From Gammaproteobacteria bacterium (lineage in GTDB: Bacteria > Pseudomonadota > Gammaproteobacteria > SZUA-152): DNA of 39,289 nucleotides. A program made the translations under genes and the position numbers. Below are positions 1-9,790 of this stretch, in pieces. The notes beneath the pieces are model-generated. The model saw only the letters and a list, made by a program, of their open reading frames with translations, searched no databases and was not told the DNA's origin. The stretch lies in the NCBI GenBank assembly GCA_030613605.1, contig JAUWLO010000001.1, positions 1 to 39,289 on the forward strand, given 5' to 3'. Position 1 is the first letter of the stretch, and every line of letters starts with the position of its first letter.

Positions 1-49
1 GACCCAAGCATAGTGTATTGGGTGTGGGCCGATCCCTGGAGAACATCAC

Positions 50-1393
50 ATGTCATTTGAATCCCTCGGCCTCAGGGCCGAATTACTCCGTGCTGTAGCC
101 GATAAAGGCTACAGCGAGCCCACTCCAATACAGATCCAGGCAATTCCTCTTATTCTTGAGGGTAAAGATGTGTTGGGTGGTGCGCAGACAGGTACAGGCA
201 AAACGGCTGGTTTTACCTTGCCACTCCTGCAGCGATTAATATCAACTGCTAAAGCGGTAAAAAAAGGACGTCGGCCTATCCGGGCTCTTGTGCTTACCCC
301 AACGCGAGAACTGGCAGCACAGGTACATGAAAGTGTGCGGACTTACGGGCGGCATCTGTCACTGAAATCTACGGTGATATTTGGTGGCGTCAGCATTAAC
401 CCGCAAAAACAGATACTTATTCGTGGCGTGGATATTTTAGTTGCCACTCCAGGACGATTACTGGATCACGTTAATCAGAGATCCGTAGACCTCTCAAACA
501 TCGATATTCTGGTGCTTGATGAAGCTGATCGTATGCTCGATATGGGGTTTATTCGTGATATCCGCAAGGTTCTTGCGTTAGTGCCTAAAGATAGACAGAC
601 CTTGTTATTTTCAGCCACTTTCTCGGATTCGATTAAAAAACTGGCCAATGACCTGTTGAGGTCCCCTACTTTGGTTGAAGTCGCACGGCAAAACACTGCC
701 ACAGAGACTGTTGAACAAGTTGTGCATCCAGTGGATAAAAAACGTAAACGTGAGCTGCTTTCATTCCTGATTGGCTCCAATGACTGGAAACAGATCCTGG
801 TATTCAGCCGTACCAAGCATGGCGCGGATCGCCTTGCCAAACAACTGAATGCAGATGGCATTACATCCTCTGCCATTCATGGAAATAAAAGTCAGGGGGC
901 TCGTACCAGAGCACTGGCAGATTTTAAAGCGGGTGAAGTGCGAGTATTGGTAGCCACAGATATAGCGGCTCGCGGAATAGATATTGACCAGCTTCCACAT
1001 GTAGTGAACTTTGATTTACCTAACACTGCTGAAGATTATGTTCACCGTATTGGTCGTACGGGTCGAGCGGGTAATGAAGGTGAAGCCATGTCATTGGTAT
1101 GTGTTGATGAGCTGGGTTTACTTAAAGATATTGAGCGATTAATTAAACGCGAAATACCAAATGTAGTGATTGACGGTTTTAAACCGGATCCTTCCATCAA
1201 AGCAGAGCCAATTTTTAAAGGGCGTGGTAAACAGCAGGGTTCAAGAAAGTCTGGCGGTAAAAAGAAAACATCTGCAAGGAACAGTAATAACGGGAACAAG
1301 CGCCCTGCTTCTAAGGGTAATTCGTCAAAACAAGGTCAGTCAAAGAAGCAAACACAAAGAAGTCCAAGGCGCAGTCCTCAGGGAAATTGTTAA
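50..1393 (+). CDS. rhlE: ATP-dependent DEAD-box RNA helicase, RhlE-like
   Basis: 447-aa ORF with the DEAD-box motif set readable in the translation: [13 protein letters not shown] (Walker A), [14 protein letters not shown] (DEAD), [13 protein letters not shown]. The Lys/Arg/Ser/Gly/Gln-rich C-terminal tail is typical of RhlE. A GGAGA Shine-Dalgarno-like site lies about 7 nt before the ATG. Confidence 0.9.
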   Translation: MSFESLGLRAELLRAVADKGYSEPTPIQIQAIPLILEGKDVLGGAQTGTGKTAGFTLPLLQRLISTAKAVKKGRRPIRALVLTPTRELAAQVHESVRTYGRHLSLKSTVIFGGVSINPQKQILIRGVDILVATPGRLLDHVNQRSVDLSNIDILVLDEADRMLDMGFIRDIRKVLALVPKDRQTLLFSATFSDSIKKLANDLLRSPTLVEVARQNTATETVEQVVHPVDKKRKRELLSFLIGSNDWKQILVFSRTKHGADRLAKQLNADGITSSAIHGNKSQGARTRALADFKAGEVRVLVATDIAARGIDIDQLPHVVNFDLPNTAEDYVHRIGRTGRAGNEGEAMSLVCVDELGLLKDIERLIKREIPNVVIDGFKPDPSIKAEPIFKGRGKQQGSRKSGGKKKTSARNSNNGNKRPASKGNSSKQGQSKKQTQRSPRRSPQGNC

Positions 1394-1405
1394 CTAGATT
1401 GTTTT

Positions 1406-1879
1406 ATGAAAAAAATTGCCATTTTCGCTGATGTACAAAATATTTATTACACGACTCGCGATGCCTATGGACGCCAGTTTAACTACCGCAAACTGTGGCA
1501 GCAGATAAGCTCTGAGGGAGAGATAGTATCTGCAACTGCTTATGCCATACATCGTGGTGATGATAAACAGCTAAAATTTCAGGATGCCCTGAAGCACATC
1601 GGTTTTACAGTAAAACTCAAACCCTATATTCAGCGTAGTGATGGTTCCGCTAAAGGCGACTGGGATGTTGGTATTGCTATTGATGTAATGGATGTATCAA
1701 AAGATGTTGATACTGTCGTGTTGTTGTCGGGTGATGGGGATTTTGATTTATTGCTGGAAAAGGTCAAAAATGATTATGGTGTCAGCGCAGAAGTTTATGG
1801 AGTTCCCGCACTCACAGCAAATTCATTGATAAACGCTGCTAATATTTATCATCCTATCGAAGAAGACCTTTTGTTATAA
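1406..1879 (+). CDS. NYN-domain (LabA-like, PIN-like fold) protein, predicted RNase
   Basis: 157 aa. N-terminal IAIFADVQNIYY and central VLLSGDGDF acidic motifs are characteristic of NYN/LabA (DUF88) domains. It starts 12 nt after the rhlE stop. Confidence 0.7.
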   Translation: MKKIAIFADVQNIYYTTRDAYGRQFNYRKLWQQISSEGEIVSATAYAIHRGDDKQLKFQDALKHIGFTVKLKPYIQRSDGSAKGDWDVGIAIDVMDVSKDVDTVVLLSGDGDFDLLLEKVKNDYGVSAEVYGVPALTANSLINAANIYHPIEEDLLL

Positions 1880-1918
1880 GAAGCTGTTATAAAAAGGTGT
1901 TATAAAAGGTTGTTATAA
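1872..1918. repeat. Four copies of TGTTATAA at an exact 13-bp period
   Basis: TGTTATAA begins at 1872, 1885, 1898 and 1911. The first copy contains the TAA stop of the NYN gene. The last contains the TAA stop (minus strand, 1913-1915) of rlmA. Confidence 0.85.
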
Positions 1919-2791
1919 ACCTGTTTTTTCCAAGGTTCTAAAAACAACATCGACTGTCAATTCCAGTTTTTGTAATTTATTCGCAGCATCCCTGCCTTCT
2001 TTTGTCGCCCTGTAAAAATGTGGCGTCATGATGAGCAGATTATGGATTTGTTCGTTATTGATTTCACACGTCTTAAATTGAATCGGTTGTGTGTCCAGCA
2101 CTGAAAACCCAATTTCTTCAACAAAAGAAAGATCCTGTGGGTCTGTCTTTTTAACTTCCGTGTAAATTATTTCCCTTAACTCTTTCAAATGATCGGGGCC
2201 AGGTTCAACCAGAATAATTTTTCCACCTGGTTTTAGTGCTTTATTAAATCCCTCAAAACTCTGAAATCCAAATACGCAAATAATAATATCAACGCTATTG
2301 TCTGCAACGGGCGGCTGTCTGTTTGTTCCAACAACCCAGATTATTTGTTTATTTCTTTTCGCGGCTTCAACTATTGCGGGTTTTGATATATCCAGGCCGA
2401 TAAAGGAAAGATTACGATTGCCATCTTTGTTCTTGAGTGTGTTAAAAAGTGAGTCAAAATAATAACCTTCACCACAACCCGCATCCATAAAACAGATTTC
2501 ATCACTTTCTATACCAGTATCATTGTCAATCAATGCGGTTGATAGTTTGGCTAATGTATTAGCAATGAGCTGGTAGACGCCTGAATTTAAGAAATTAGCT
2601 CTTGCCAACACCATCTCTTTGCTGTCGCCCGGATCTTTAGTCCTTTTATGCTGTACAGGTAATAAGTTCACATACCCCTGACGAGCGACATCGAAAGTAT
2701 GCCCATTTTCACAAATGAGTTGTTTTCCCTCGGATTCGAGCCGTTTGCCGTCAATTGGGCAGGCCAGATTATGTGCTTTTATAATATTCAT
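1913..2791 (-). CDS. rlmA: 23S rRNA (guanine-N1)-methyltransferase, RlmA family
   Basis: 292 aa. It has an N-terminal Zn-finger-like CP..(18)..CENGH followed by ARQGYVNLLPVQHKRTKDPGDSKEM, nearly identical in pattern to E. coli RlmA as I recall it. The SAM motif is DAGCGEGYY. Confidence 0.85.
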   Translation of the reverse strand: MNIIKAHNLACPIDGKRLESEGKQLICENGHTFDVARQGYVNLLPVQHKRTKDPGDSKEMVLARANFLNSGVYQLIANTLAKLSTALIDNDTGIESDEICFMDAGCGEGYYFDSLFNTLKNKDGNRNLSFIGLDISKPAIVEAAKRNKQIIWVVGTNRQPPVADNSVDIIICVFGFQSFEGFNKALKPGGKIILVEPGPDHLKELREIIYTEVKKTDPQDLSFVEEIGFSVLDTQPIQFKTCEINNEQIHNLLIMTPHFYRATKEGRDAANKLQKLELTVDVVFRTLEKTGL

Positions 2792-2880
2792 AATTACTGA
2801 ACTATTTTGATTGCCCTATCTTACCAAAGGCTTTGTTTTGTATAAATATTATGCCCTTTACTGAGTCTGTTTCATTAAAG

Positions 2881-2904
2881 CTTACTTTAAAACTTACTTT
2901 AAAA
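2881..2904. repeat. Perfect 12-bp tandem duplication CTTACTTTAAAA x2
   Basis: Read directly at 2881-2892 and 2893-2904, in the divergent rlmA/recQ promoter region. Confidence 0.9.
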
Positions 2905-2945
2905 CATGGCTTCATGTGACATGTAATTGTAAAATAAGCGGCTCT

Positions 2946-5081
2946 ATGAATGTCCAAGACTCACCCGATAACTCCCCTCAGCACATTTTACAAAGCGTCT
3001 TTGGCTACAACGAGTTCCGGCCACAACAGCAGACGATTGTTGAGCACCTGATTGCTGGCGGCGATGCGCTCGTGCTGATGCCCACCGGGGGCGGCAAATC
3101 ACTCTGTTATCAAATACCTTCTATAGTGCGCTCCGGTGTCGGCATTATCATTTCGCCGCTGATAGCCCTGATGCAGGATCAGGTAGACAGCTTACGCCTG
3201 AACGGAGTGCGGGCAGCCTATCTTAACTCTAGCCTCAGCATCAATGAAATGCGTGAAGTAGAGGGCGCACTGCACAGCGGTGAACTGGATTTGCTCTACA
3301 TCGCGCCCGAGCGACTCATGATGCCGCGCACGCTTGATCTTTTAGAGACATTGCCTGTTTCACTCTTTGCCATAGACGAAGTACATTGCGTCTCTCAATG
3401 GGGCCACGATTTTCGTCCCGAGTATGTGCAGCTCTCAATATTGCACCAGCGTTTCCCGCAGATTCCCCGCATTGCATTAACAGCTACCGCCGACAGTGCA
3501 ACGCAACGGGAGATTATCGAACGATTAGCGCTTACTGAAGCGCGGCAATTTATCAGTGGCTTCGACCGTCCAAATATTCGCTATCGTATAAGTGATAACA
3601 CCATCAACGCCCGTGAACAGCTATTGCGATTTATTCGTAACGAGCACCAGGGAGACGCCGGGATCGTTTATTGCCTTTCGCGCAAGCGGGTGGATCAGGT
3701 GGCCGCCTGGCTAACATCAAAAGGGCTCACTGCGCTGCCCTACCACGCTGGTTTACCGCAAGAGGTTCGCAAAGAGAATCAGGAACGTTTTTTGCGCGAG
3801 GATGGAGTGATTATCGTCGCAACGATTGCCTTCGGCATGGGAATAGACAAACCTGATGTACGTTTTGTTGCTCACCTCAATCTGCCAAAAAGTCTGGAAG
3901 CCTACTATCAGGAAACAGGACGCGCCGGCCGCGACAACCAGCCCGCGAATGCCTGGATGGTCTACGGTTTGCAGGACATGATCATGCTCAAACAGATGCA
4001 GGCAAATTCTGATGCCCCCGAAGAAATAAAACGCATAGAACGTCATAAGCTCGACGCCATGCTGGGGCTTTGTGAATTAACGACCTGCCGTCGTCAGGCA
4101 CTGCTGCGTTATTTTGGTGATGAATTAGAGAAACCCTGTGGTAATTGCGACATCTGTCTGGAGCCGCCCGAAACCTGGGATGCCACTGCCGCCGCGCAAA
4201 AAGCCCTTTCCTGTGTTCATCGCACCGGCCAGCGTTTTGGTGTTGGTTATCTGGTTGATGTATTGCTTGGTAAAGAACATGAACGTATCAGTCGCTTCGG
4301 TCATGACAAGGTAAGCACTTATGGTATTGGTAGTGAGCTTAATCAAAGCGAATGGCGTGATCTTTACCGCCAACTGATTGCCCGAGGCATGCTGGCAGTT
4401 GATATCGAAGGGCATGGCGGGCTTCATCTCACCGAGGAAAGCCGTCCTGTATTGCGCGGTGAACAGCCACTGCATCTACGTAAGTTTTCGAGAAAAGCAA
4501 AAGCAAAAAGCCGTGAGCGAAAAGCCAACCGTTTTACCGATACAGGAAACAACGACCTATGGGAGGCGTTGCGCAATCGTCGTCAACAACTGGCCGATGA
4601 ACAAGGCATTCCTGCCTATATGATCTTCCACGATGCCACTCTCGCCGAGATGGTAGAGAACCGCCCGGATAGCCTTGTGCAGTTATCGAATATCTCGGGT
4701 GTTGGTGAAAGCAAACTGGCCAGCTATGGCGAGCAGTTTCTCGATGTGCTCAATGAATACCGGGGGCTGGAAAATAAAACGCAAAACGATACCGAAGAGG
4801 AAACGCTGCAGCTTTTTCGCCTTGGAATGAACGCCGAAGCCATTGCCACTCAACGTGGCCTCAAAGAAACCACCATTTACAATCATCTGGCCAAAGGAAT
4901 AGAGCGCGATGAGATTCCGCTTGATAAGGTTGTGCCGCTGGAACAGAATCAATTAAAAGCGATTCGATTCGCTTTCGAACAATTTGATAGTGGTAAACGC
5001 CTCAAGCCGGTATTTGATGCGCTGGAGGGAGAGTTTTCCTACGAGGTGTTGCGGTGTGTAAGATCCGATATAACGCGTTAA
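2946..5081 (+). CDS. recQ: ATP-dependent DNA helicase RecQ (long form with extra C-terminal HTH-like domain)
   Basis: Motifs [39 protein letters not shown], a Zn-binding CRRQ..C..CDIC cluster and an HRDC-like segment ([28 protein letters not shown]). An extra roughly 100 aa follows HRDC. The track ORF starts at GTG 2916. ATG 2946 gives an N-terminus of E. coli-like length, so I prefer it (711 aa). Confidence 0.92.
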   Translation: MNVQDSPDNSPQHILQSVFGYNEFRPQQQTIVEHLIAGGDALVLMPTGGGKSLCYQIPSIVRSGVGIIISPLIALMQDQVDSLRLNGVRAAYLNSSLSINEMREVEGALHSGELDLLYIAPERLMMPRTLDLLETLPVSLFAIDEVHCVSQWGHDFRPEYVQLSILHQRFPQIPRIALTATADSATQREIIERLALTEARQFISGFDRPNIRYRISDNTINAREQLLRFIRNEHQGDAGIVYCLSRKRVDQVAAWLTSKGLTALPYHAGLPQEVRKENQERFLREDGVIIVATIAFGMGIDKPDVRFVAHLNLPKSLEAYYQETGRAGRDNQPANAWMVYGLQDMIMLKQMQANSDAPEEIKRIERHKLDAMLGLCELTTCRRQALLRYFGDELEKPCGNCDICLEPPETWDATAAAQKALSCVHRTGQRFGVGYLVDVLLGKEHERISRFGHDKVSTYGIGSELNQSEWRDLYRQLIARGMLAVDIEGHGGLHLTEESRPVLRGEQPLHLRKFSRKAKAKSRERKANRFTDTGNNDLWEALRNRRQQLADEQGIPAYMIFHDATLAEMVENRPDSLVQLSNISGVGESKLASYGEQFLDVLNEYRGLENKTQNDTEEETLQLFRLGMNAEAIATQRGLKETTIYNHLAKGIERDEIPLDKVVPLEQNQLKAIRFAFEQFDSGKRLKPVFDALEGEFSYEVLRCVRSDITR

Positions 5082-5155
5082 GTCCCTCTTTCTTACGGGT
5101 TTACGGGTAATCTGCTATGATTCGCCACCTTTCCCTGTAGCCAGATTCTTTTCCT

Positions 5156-6559
5156 ATGACCACTTCAGCAGCTAACTCAGCAACCACAGCCTTCTCGTCA
5201 TTGCCCTTATCCCCCGAGTTTTTGGCCAACATAGATTCGCTGGGTTACACAGAAATGACTCCAATACAGGCTCAGAGTTTGCCAGAGATTCTCGGTGGTA
5301 AAGATGTGCTGGCGCAGGCGAAAACCGGTAGCGGTAAAACAGCTGCGTTTGCTATTGGTCTGCTGCACAGTCTGGACGCGAAAACCTACCAAACTCAGTC
5401 GTTGGTGCTTTGCCCAACCCGTGAGCTGGCCGACCAGGTCAGCAAGGAAATTCGCCGTCTGGCACGAGCGATTCCTAATACCAAGATACTGACTTTGTGT
5501 GGCGGCAAACCCTTTGGACCTCAATTGGCGTCATTGGAGCACAATCCGCATATTGTGGTTGGTACACCCGGCCGTGTTTTGAAGCACCTTGAGAGAGGTT
5601 CATTAACCTTAAACAGGCTTAAAACGTTGGTGCTGGATGAAGCTGATCGTATGCTGGATATGGGTTTTTATGACGATATTATGAGCATAATCGACAAAAT
5701 GCCTCAGCAAAGACAAACCTTGCTGTTTTCGGCTACCTACCCTGACGAAATAAAGACGATTAGTGCTTCCATCCAGAATAAACCTGTCGATATTCGCGTA
5801 GAAACTGTGCATGACGACAAAAAAATAAAACAGGTCTTTTACGAAATTCAGAAAGGTGAAAGAACCAAAGCGCTTATATCTCTTCTTGAGCATTATCGTC
5901 CAGAATCTACCGTGGTGTTTTGTAATCGCAAACAACAGACTCAGGAACTGGCAGATGATTTATGGCAAAAAGGTTTCCATGTGCTGGCGCTGCATGGTGA
6001 TCTTGAGCAAAAAGATCGCGACCAGGTACTGGTTCAGTTTTCCAATAAAAGTAGTTCGATACTCGTGGCGACGGATGTGGCCGCCCGTGGGCTGGATATA
6101 AAAGATCTGGAGGCTGTTATTAACTTTGAGTTATCGCCAGACCCGGAAATCCATATTCATCGTATAGGGCGCACAGGTCGCGCTGGAAAGGAAGGATTGG
6201 CGCTAAGTCTTTTCATGGCCTCTGAAGCATACAAAGTGAATGCTATAGAGGATTCCCGGAAAAATCCTATCAAAATAGAATCAATATCTTCTCTTAAAAC
6301 CAGAGAAAACTTTAAGCTCAGCCCACCCATGGTAACGCTGTGTATAAATGGCGGTCGTAAGGACAAGGTTCGCCCGGGCGATATTCTGGGAGCATTAACG
6401 GCAAATACCAGCCTGCCCGGCACACAAATCGGTAAAATCGATATTTTTGACAATATTGCTTATGTGGCGGTTGAGCGCCCTATCGCCAAACAGGCTTTGA
6501 AGGTTTTATCTGAGGGTAAAATTAAAGGACGCATGTTCAAGGTCAGAAAATTACGTTAA
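5156..6559 (+). CDS. dbpA: ATP-dependent DEAD-box RNA helicase DbpA
   Basis: 467 aa with AKTGSGKT, PTRELA, DEAD, SAT and [10 protein letters not shown]. The C-terminal roughly 75-aa domain (GGRKDKVRPGDILGALT...IGKIDIFDNIAYVAV) is typical of the DbpA rRNA-binding domain. Confidence 0.85.
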   Translation: MTTSAANSATTAFSSLPLSPEFLANIDSLGYTEMTPIQAQSLPEILGGKDVLAQAKTGSGKTAAFAIGLLHSLDAKTYQTQSLVLCPTRELADQVSKEIRRLARAIPNTKILTLCGGKPFGPQLASLEHNPHIVVGTPGRVLKHLERGSLTLNRLKTLVLDEADRMLDMGFYDDIMSIIDKMPQQRQTLLFSATYPDEIKTISASIQNKPVDIRVETVHDDKKIKQVFYEIQKGERTKALISLLEHYRPESTVVFCNRKQQTQELADDLWQKGFHVLALHGDLEQKDRDQVLVQFSNKSSSILVATDVAARGLDIKDLEAVINFELSPDPEIHIHRIGRTGRAGKEGLALSLFMASEAYKVNAIEDSRKNPIKIESISSLKTRENFKLSPPMVTLCINGGRKDKVRPGDILGALTANTSLPGTQIGKIDIFDNIAYVAVERPIAKQALKVLSEGKIKGRMFKVRKLR

Positions 6560-6580
6560 TTGGCTACTTCCTACTTTTCG

Positions 6581-7045
6581 TTATGAATCGTCTCGATACT
6601 TGATTTGCACGCCATTCAGGAAATTTCTCAAAATCTGATCTTTACATGCACGGTAGTGTTTATGGTCTGGGCGTCTAAAAAACGCGCTTAATTCGTGTTT
6701 GCTGACCCTCAAGTCTGCGAGTTTCAGTATATTCAGTACGTCCTCAGCCTTCAGGTTTAAGGCTATTTTCAGTTTCATGAAAATAATATTGTTATTGATG
6801 CTTTTTTCAAGAACTGGTTGTGGGCCGTCTTTTTTGCCCCGTTTTTCAATAATCAAACCATTAAGAAAGGTTGCCAGTTTGGTATCCGGACAATTCTGAT
6901 ATTCTGGATCATCCTCTTTTCTTAACCAGTTAATGATCTGTTCCTGGGAAACCTTAAGGTCAGCCAGGCCAAACAGGGAAACCATTTTCGAATCGTTAAA
7001 ATCGAAGGTATAGCGCAGGCGGCGTAGTATATCGTTATTAGTCAT
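6581..7045 (-). CDS. DUF1456 family protein (YehS-like)
   Basis: 154 aa. It has two internal repeats of the ILRRLRY..F / IL.LA...VS..E....FF type that I associate with DUF1456/YehS. Confidence 0.65.
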   Translation of the reverse strand: MTNNDILRRLRYTFDFNDSKMVSLFGLADLKVSQEQIINWLRKEDDPEYQNCPDTKLATFLNGLIIEKRGKKDGPQPVLEKSINNNIIFMKLKIALNLKAEDVLNILKLADLRVSKHELSAFFRRPDHKHYRACKDQILRNFLNGVQIKYRDDS

Positions 7046-7111
7046 GGTTGAATGATCTCACTTTTCACTATTTTTTACTAAACTGATTTTACCCCAAAAG
7101 AAAGAATCCAC

Positions 7112-7135
7112 AAAAAAGCCCACCGTGAGGTGGGC
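7112..7135 (-). terminator. Rho-independent terminator downstream of the Lys/Ala-rich protein gene
   Basis: On the minus strand the sequence reads GCCCACC-TCAC-GGTGGGC followed by TTTTTT. This is a 7-bp GC-rich stem plus T-tract, 57 nt after the stop at 7192. Confidence 0.8.
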
Positions 7136-7191
7136 TGCCATACTTTTGTTACCGCTAAGTTACCGCTTATCAGCAGCGATTACTTAATAGA

Positions 7192-7647
7192 TCATTTAGC
7201 GGCTTTTTTCTTTCTTTTCTTCTTTTTAGGTTTATTCAGAACTTTGTCTGCAGAAGCTACGCTTTTAGCATAGGCTACGGCACGTTTAGATGCTGATTTT
7301 AGCGACGCTAATTCATCAGAAACAGCTGATTTCACTGTTTTAAGCTTAGCGGCTTCTTTCTTGATGGCTACGATGTCCTTTTTAATGACGGCCACAGATT
7401 TTTTATTGGCGGCATTGGCATCTTTTTGCAGTCTTTTTGAAGCGGTTTTCACCTTTTTCATCAAGGCAGCGCGCTTCTTGTTCATGCTCTTGGCTGTTTT
7501 TGCCAATTTCTTATATTCTTTACCTGTGGCAATAACTGCTTTTGTTGCTGCGGCAGCTACATCATCGATAGTAGCAATAGCAGAATCGACAGCTTTTAAA
7601 TGAGCTGCGCCTTTTACAGTTTTTTTAGCTTTCTTTTTTATGGCCAT
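7192..7647 (-). CDS. Lys/Ala-rich basic protein (histone H1-like / AlgP-like or phasin-like)
   Basis: 151 aa. Low-complexity A/K-rich helical sequence ending in KPKKKKRKKKAAK. A strong terminator lies downstream. The family assignment is only compositional. Confidence 0.45.
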   Translation of the reverse strand: MAIKKKAKKTVKGAAHLKAVDSAIATIDDVAAAATKAVIATGKEYKKLAKTAKSMNKKRAALMKKVKTASKRLQKDANAANKKSVAVIKKDIVAIKKEAAKLKTVKSAVSDELASLKSASKRAVAYAKSVASADKVLNKPKKKKRKKKAAK

Positions 7648-7776
7648 CTAGGACTCTCCGTTATTATAAAAAAATGCATTCTGTCACTTTTATCTATAAT
7701 AGGCAAAAATAACAGTAAAAATAATTACTGTGCCAATTTTCCTGTTAGTTCAATTGTTGTGGATAATTGATTGATT

Positions 7777-8667
7777 ATGACTTTATTAAAATTAAATATT
7801 ATTTTTCTGTTTTCAATTTTTTCTACTTTTTACGCAAATATGGTGTTTGCGTATGATATTTTTGCCGACAGTCACATTCATTTCAACTGGGATCAGGTCG
7901 AGGAAACGTCAGCGCAGGATGCAGTCAACATCCTCAAACAGGCCAATGTTGGCCTCACGATAGTTTCCAGTACGCCCACAGACATGGCTCTGGAATTGCG
8001 GCAAAAAGGTGGTGACTGGATAGTGCCTTTCTTCAGTCCCTACATTCATGTGTTGGGAAAACGAGACTGGTTCAGAAAAAGTGAAGTTGTTAAAAAAGCC
8101 GAACAAGGTTTAAAAAGCGGCCAATATTTCGGTATTGGAGAGGTCCATTTCATGGATGGGTTCCACCCAAAAACAGACAATACGATATTCCTTCAATTGC
8201 TCCAGTTGGCAAAAAAGTACTCTGTTCCGGTGCTGATTCATATTGATTCATCCAATGAAACCACATTTCTCAATTTATGCCTGAAAAATCCAGATATTAA
8301 GATGATATTTGCCCATGCGGGTGGAGTACTCAAACCGGCCCATATCGGAAAAATACTGTCCCAATGTGAAAATGTATGGATAGATTTCGCCGCACGTGAT
8401 CCATGGCGATATGGAGGAATAAGCAAAGAAGACCATACCCTGCTCCCGGAATGGAAAAAACTGGTTTTACGGTTTCCAGATCAATTTATTACCGGCACAG
8501 ATCCCGTCTGGAAAGTCACCCGTGGGCAAACCTGGGATTTACCAGATGAAGGTTGGAAAAAGTACGGGCAATTACTGGATTATCACTGGGCATGGATGAA
8601 TGATTTGCCCGAAGATGTCAGGCGGAAAATATCCTGGGAAAATACTAAAGCGCTACTAAAAAAATGA
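7777..8667 (+). CDS. Secreted metal-dependent amidohydrolase-fold protein
   Basis: DSHIHF near the N-terminus, and later EVHF, LIHID and FAHAGG, fit the amidohydrolase/TatD-like His/Asp ligand pattern. The N-terminal hydrophobic signal-like segment ends at ANMVFA. The track start is TTG 7771; ATG 7777 is preferred. Confidence 0.6.
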   Translation: MTLLKLNIIFLFSIFSTFYANMVFAYDIFADSHIHFNWDQVEETSAQDAVNILKQANVGLTIVSSTPTDMALELRQKGGDWIVPFFSPYIHVLGKRDWFRKSEVVKKAEQGLKSGQYFGIGEVHFMDGFHPKTDNTIFLQLLQLAKKYSVPVLIHIDSSNETTFLNLCLKNPDIKMIFAHAGGVLKPAHIGKILSQCENVWIDFAARDPWRYGGISKEDHTLLPEWKKLVLRFPDQFITGTDPVWKVTRGQTWDLPDEGWKKYGQLLDYHWAWMNDLPEDVRRKISWENTKALLKK

Positions 8668-8708
8668 AGGGATAACTTAAATAGTCAATTCTAGAATCTA
8701 TTTTCTGG

Positions 8709-9758
8709 CTATAGCAAAAAAGAAATATTGATAGCACCAAAATTCGTGTTGTCCTTTTGAGTTTCAAATTCTTTTGATCTGATCATATTGCTGATGGAAA
8801 AACGTATACTTTTTGTCTGAAAAACAAACCCAAACTGAAAATCACCCACCAGAATATTTTTATCTACACTGTGGCTATCTGTGAAGGTGTTTCCATCCAG
8901 AAAAATGTTCCTGGCTACTATTCGTCCTTCAACACCCGAAAATATATACCAGCTAATTTTCTGGCTAGGTCTAAATAAGGACAATCCTGGGAATCCAGGG
9001 CGAATATTGGGTGGTGACAAATCATTATTGAGGTATGTTCCTAAGCGAAACATTACACCGGTTGCTGCATACGTATAAATATTCCCTAATACAATGTTGA
9101 CGTGTGGTGTCATGCCATAGTCCAGAGAGCCCGATGGCTTTATGTACCTCCAGAACCTTGTATAGGAAAGGCCAAAGCCCAACTCATCGTCCAATTGATT
9201 ATCCCAGCCGTTGGAACTATCGATGTCAATTAAATTGTGAAATCCAGTTTGGGTTTCTTCTCCCATGGCGCTGGGACCGACAATACTTAAAGTGAGCTCC
9301 ACTAAATTTCCAGTATCTATATTGTCTTTTTTTGAAACTCTGGAAAGCATCGCAGCACTAATGTACAGGTATCCCGCATAAGGACGATCATCAATGACAA
9401 TCCCTGCTGTTTCTGTATCATCCGGCGTAAATATTTTTTGCCCTATGGTGTAAGTGACGCCTTTGATTTCCCCATCAGATTCAAATACTGGGAAAAATGA
9501 TGCTATGTTAAAAATCCACGGCACTGGATTATCCATTACTGTTCGTGATATTTGAGTGCCATGGGTGTAATAACGATCTCCCGATTGAGCAAAGAAATCA
9601 TTTTCGAATTGAATACTCCAGTATTCACCGGGTGCTGCGTTCGGGACCTCTTCAGCTGCAGCCGTTACTTGTATATTGCTTGCACATATAACGAGACAAA
9701 GAATTATCCAGTGACTATGTTGGCCTGATTGGCTGTGATGTGATCTGTGTAACATCAT
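8709..9758 (-). CDS. Outer-membrane LpxR-like (DUF2219, lipid A deacylase family) protein
   Basis: 349 aa with a signal-like N-terminus. The motif WSIQFENDFFAQSGDRYYTHG matches the END-F...D..YT.G signature I associate with DUF2219/LpxR. It is beta-barrel-like, with alternating aromatic residues and a C-terminal F-rich end. It starts 32 nt after the RND stop. Confidence 0.6.
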   Translation of the reverse strand: MMLHRSHHSQSGQHSHWIILCLVICASNIQVTAAAEEVPNAAPGEYWSIQFENDFFAQSGDRYYTHGTQISRTVMDNPVPWIFNIASFFPVFESDGEIKGVTYTIGQKIFTPDDTETAGIVIDDRPYAGYLYISAAMLSRVSKKDNIDTGNLVELTLSIVGPSAMGEETQTGFHNLIDIDSSNGWDNQLDDELGFGLSYTRFWRYIKPSGSLDYGMTPHVNIVLGNIYTYAATGVMFRLGTYLNNDLSPPNIRPGFPGLSLFRPSQKISWYIFSGVEGRIVARNIFLDGNTFTDSHSVDKNILVGDFQFGFVFQTKSIRFSISNMIRSKEFETQKDNTNFGAINISFLL

Positions 9759-9790
9759 TCTCTGGTTGTTGGGTTAAACCATAAATGGCA

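Noticed and set aside
475-1397. Track ORFs 475-876(-), 761-1000(-), 1042-1299(-) and 1170-1397(+) inside rhlE
   Set aside because: They are antisense or alternative-frame shadows of a well-supported DEAD-box gene and have no motifs. The same applies to the many 60-130-aa ORFs nested in recQ, dbpA, the RND gene, the TolC-like gene, the cytochrome gene, both rSAM genes and the HI0933 gene.
2792-2915. LexA (SOS) box upstream of recQ
   Set aside because: TACTGAGTCTGTTTCA has a CTG half-site but no matching CAG half at the CTGT-N8-ACAG spacing, so it is not a credible SOS box.
2916-2945. GTG 2916 as the recQ start
   Set aside because: The extra residues ([10 protein letters not shown]) are not RecQ-like. 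ATG 2946 yields an N-terminus of the length seen in E. coli RecQ. The choice remains unverified.
4500-5081. RecQ C-terminal roughly 100-aa extension as a novelty
   Set aside because: To my recollection, roughly 710-aa RecQ proteins with an extra HTH-like domain after HRDC are common in Pseudomonas-type Gammaproteobacteria. This is a known variant and not unusual.
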